Shown here: piece after piece, positions 61,693-64,000 of the stretch
How positions within the stretch are numbered: the first letter of the stretch is position 1
Layout: every line of letters starts with the position of its first letter
Assembly: GCA_051746405.1 (NCBI GenBank)
Contig: JBNJFB010000004.1
Span: 1-64,000, forward strand
Direction of reading: 5' to 3'
DNA: 64,000 nt
DNA from: Campylobacterota bacterium
Lineage (GTDB): Bacteria > Campylobacterota > Campylobacteria > Campylobacterales > Arcobacteraceae
Made by a program: the position numbers and the translations under genes
The notes under the pieces: model-generated
What the model was told of the DNA's origin: nothing
Database searches by the model: none
Seen by the model: the letters and a program-made list of their open reading frames with translations, nothing else

Positions 61693-62844
61693 TTGAAAAA
61701 TCTAATTTTAATATTTATTGTTGCTATATTTTTTACAGCATGTGGAATAAAAGAGCAGACAGTTGAAATAAATTTACCAAAAGATGAAAAAGAAGAGTTG
61801 TTTAAAAAAGAAAAAAAAGATGTGATACCTATAAAAGAAGAGAAACAAAAAGAAAAAAAACTAAAAGAGAAAATATTCTCTTTAGACTCTTTTGAAATAA
61901 TAGAAGATGATAATACTTTATATACACAAAAGCCTAAGTTGAAAATAGCATTTGCATATCCATCTGATATAATAGCTTCATATGGAAAAACTTCAATTAA
62001 TACTATTATAAGTTATTTTACTTTTGTAAAAGCAAACTATGATTTAAAAGTTTATGATTCTAAAATTGAAGATAAGCAAAGTTTAGAAGATACTTTTAAA
62101 AGAATAAAAGAGGATGGATATGAAAAAGTTATAGCTTTGTATACACCTGAAACTATTAAGACTTTAAATAGTTTAAATACAGATAACTTAGAAGTATATC
62201 TTCCCCTTGCCAACCATGAAGAGTATGAACAGCTAAAAGATAATTTTATATATGGTTCAATCTCTTATAAAAAGCAAATAAAAAAGCTGCTTGAGTATTC
62301 AAGTATAAATAATGCAATGTTTTATCAAGAATCATATATAGGTAATAAACTAAAAGAGATTTATGAAGCTGCAATGCCAAATACAGTAGTTACAAAAAAG
62401 ATAAAAAATGATAGAAATCAGTTTGAATGGATTGTAAAAGATGAGAGATTAGATAACTCTACATTGATGTTAAATACTTCATTAGTTAAAACTGCACTTA
62501 TATTATCTCAATTAAGAGTTTATGAAACTGTTCCTAGTACTATTTTATCCACACAGTTAAGCTTTAATCCAAAACTTATCTCTTTAACTCAAGCCCAAGA
62601 TAGAAAAAATATAATTTTTGCAAACTCAATTGATAAAGTGGATGATAAGCTTGGAGATATTTTAGATACATTTGGTATTGATATTAATTATAATTGGGTT
62701 GCATACTCTGTTTTAGTGGGGGTTGATTATTTAAATGAACAAACACATAATAGTATTTTAAAAACAGCTGTTAAAAACAATATGGTTAAATATGAACCAA
62801 AACTATATAAAACGACCCCTTTTGGTTTTTCTATAATTAAGTAA
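61693..62844 (+). CDS. Putative lipoprotein with a periplasmic binding protein-like fold
   Basis: Lipobox FTAC at residues 14-17; the fold is an inference. Confidence 0.65.
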   Translation: MKNLILIFIVAIFFTACGIKEQTVEINLPKDEKEELFKKEKKDVIPIKEEKQKEKKLKEKIFSLDSFEIIEDDNTLYTQKPKLKIAFAYPSDIIASYGKTSINTIISYFTFVKANYDLKVYDSKIEDKQSLEDTFKRIKEDGYEKVIALYTPETIKTLNSLNTDNLEVYLPLANHEEYEQLKDNFIYGSISYKKQIKKLLEYSSINNAMFYQESYIGNKLKEIYEAAMPNTVVTKKIKNDRNQFEWIVKDERLDNSTLMLNTSLVKTALILSQLRVYETVPSTILSTQLSFNPKLISLTQAQDRKNIIFANSIDKVDDKLGDILDTFGIDINYNWVAYSVLVGVDYLNEQTHNSILKTAVKNNMVKYEPKLYKTTPFGFSIIK

Positions 62845-62888
62845 AAGTTAGATAGAATCGCGAAGATTTAATTATTATGGAGTTTGAA

Positions 62889-64000
62889 TTGAGAACACAT
62901 TATTGTACAGAAGTGACTGAGAAAAACATCGATGAGAAAGTTACTGTTGCTGGTTGGGTAAATAGTAGAAGAGACCACGGTGGAATTATATTTATTGATT
63001 TAAGAGATAGAGGTGGAATAGTTCAATTAGTAGCAGATCCAAAAGAGCTTGAGCTTGCTGAAAGTGTTAGAGATGAGTTTGTATTAATTGCTACAGGTAC
63101 AGTTAGACAAAGAGGTGAGGGGTTAGAAAATCCAAATCTTGCAACTGGAAAAATTGAGATTGTTTTAGAAGACTTAGTTATTGAAAATAGATCAAAACCT
63201 ATGCCTTTTGATTTAAATGATGAAAAAGTAAATGATGAAATAAAACTTGAAAATAGATTTTTAGAGTTAAGATCTAATAAGATGTATGAAATTTTTAAGT
63301 TAAGATCTAAAGCAAATATTCAAGTTAGAAATACATTAGATGAATTAGGTTTTTTAGATGTGGAAACTCCAATACTTACAAAATCGACTCCAGAGGGTGC
63401 TAGGGATTATTTAGTTCCATCAAGAGTTCATGGGGGAGAGTTTTATGCACTACCTCAATCACCGCAACTATTTAAACAGTTGTTAATGGTATCAGGATTT
63501 GATAGATATTTTCAAATTGCTAAATGTTTTAGAGATGAGGATTTAAGAGCAGATAGACAACCTGAGTTTACTCAAATTGATGTTGAGATGTCTTTTTGTA
63601 ATCAAGATGATGTGATTGAAGTAGCACAGAGGTTAATCTATGATGTATTTACAGCTTGTGGAAAAGATGTTGCTAAAAAATTTCCTAGAATATCATATAG
63701 TGATGCTATGGAAAAATATGGTTCAGATAAACCAGATACTAGATTTGATATGCAAATGGTTGATGTTATTGATATTTTTGAAAACTCTACAAATGAAATC
63801 TTTGCACAAATCTCTAAAGACAAAAAAAATAATAGAATCAAAGCACTAAAGTGTCCAAATGGAGATAATATCTTCTCAAAAAGACAAATGAAAGGTTTTG
63901 AAGATTATGTTAGAAAATTTGGAGCTAAAGGTTTAGGTTACTTCCAAATGAAAGAGGATGGATTAAAAGGTCCATTAACTAAATTCTTTAGTCAAGAGGA
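62889..64000 (+). CDS. aspS: Aspartate--tRNA ligase (3' end runs off the window; probably non-discriminating)
   Basis: TTG start after [73 protein letters not shown]. Confidence 0.97.
   Translation, partial: MRTHYCTEVTEKNIDEKVTVAGWVNSRRDHGGIIFIDLRDRGGIVQLVADPKELELAESVRDEFVLIATGTVRQRGEGLENPNLATGKIEIVLEDLVIENRSKPMPFDLNDEKVNDEIKLENRFLELRSNKMYEIFKLRSKANIQVRNTLDELGFLDVETPILTKSTPEGARDYLVPSRVHGGEFYALPQSPQLFKQLLMVSGFDRYFQIAKCFRDEDLRADRQPEFTQIDVEMSFCNQDDVIEVAQRLIYDVFTACGKDVAKKFPRISYSDAMEKYGSDKPDTRFDMQMVDVIDIFENSTNEIFAQISKDKKNNRIKALKCPNGDNIFSKRQMKGFEDYVRKFGAKGLGYFQMKEDGLKGPLTKFFSQE

Noticed and set aside
63638..63849. Two small ORFs at the window end
   Set aside because: They overlap the aspS reading frame.
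1..64000. CRISPR array, IS/transposase, prophage genes, intein in dnaB
   Set aside because: No regularly spaced repeats or such ORFs were seen, and DnaB is of normal length. This was a manual scan, so short or degenerate repeats could be missed.

Overview
Low-GC chromosomal window whose gene order and sequences point to an Arcobacteraceae-like Campylobacterota bacterium (taxonomy inferred, not searched). Most of it is housekeeping: glyA-lysS-cvpA, ispG-dnaB, wzz-pgm-galU-pgi, apt-trpB-dedA-pepA, ychF, recO, thiL-truD, ruvA-ddl-murF, the S10/spc ribosomal operon through secY-map-infA, a uracil-DNA glycosylase, the start of aspS, and one tRNA-Ser(GGA). Two accessory regions stand out. (1) A small island at about 16.7-18.95 kb holds a probable deletion scar of a helicase/type IIG restriction-modification pair, a membrane-anchored hypothetical, a DUF3800-like gene with a 3' frameshift, a BECR-like putative RNase, and a convergent GC-rich pseudoknotted ncRNA candidate. 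Together these form a candidate RNA-antitoxin/defence module. (2) At 24.7-37.5 kb a di-haem peroxidase/EAL phosphodiesterase pair precedes a divergent Tad/Flp pilus locus. The locus is led by a c-di-GMP-I (GEMM) riboswitch with a natural C92U change in the ligand pocket, and its three pilins lack Glu+5 and carry Asp/Glu at +3. Also found: a structured sRNA candidate convergent with infA, a 39-aa membrane microprotein, and an orphan nucleotidyltransferase-like gene. No CRISPR array, IS element or rRNA was seen.
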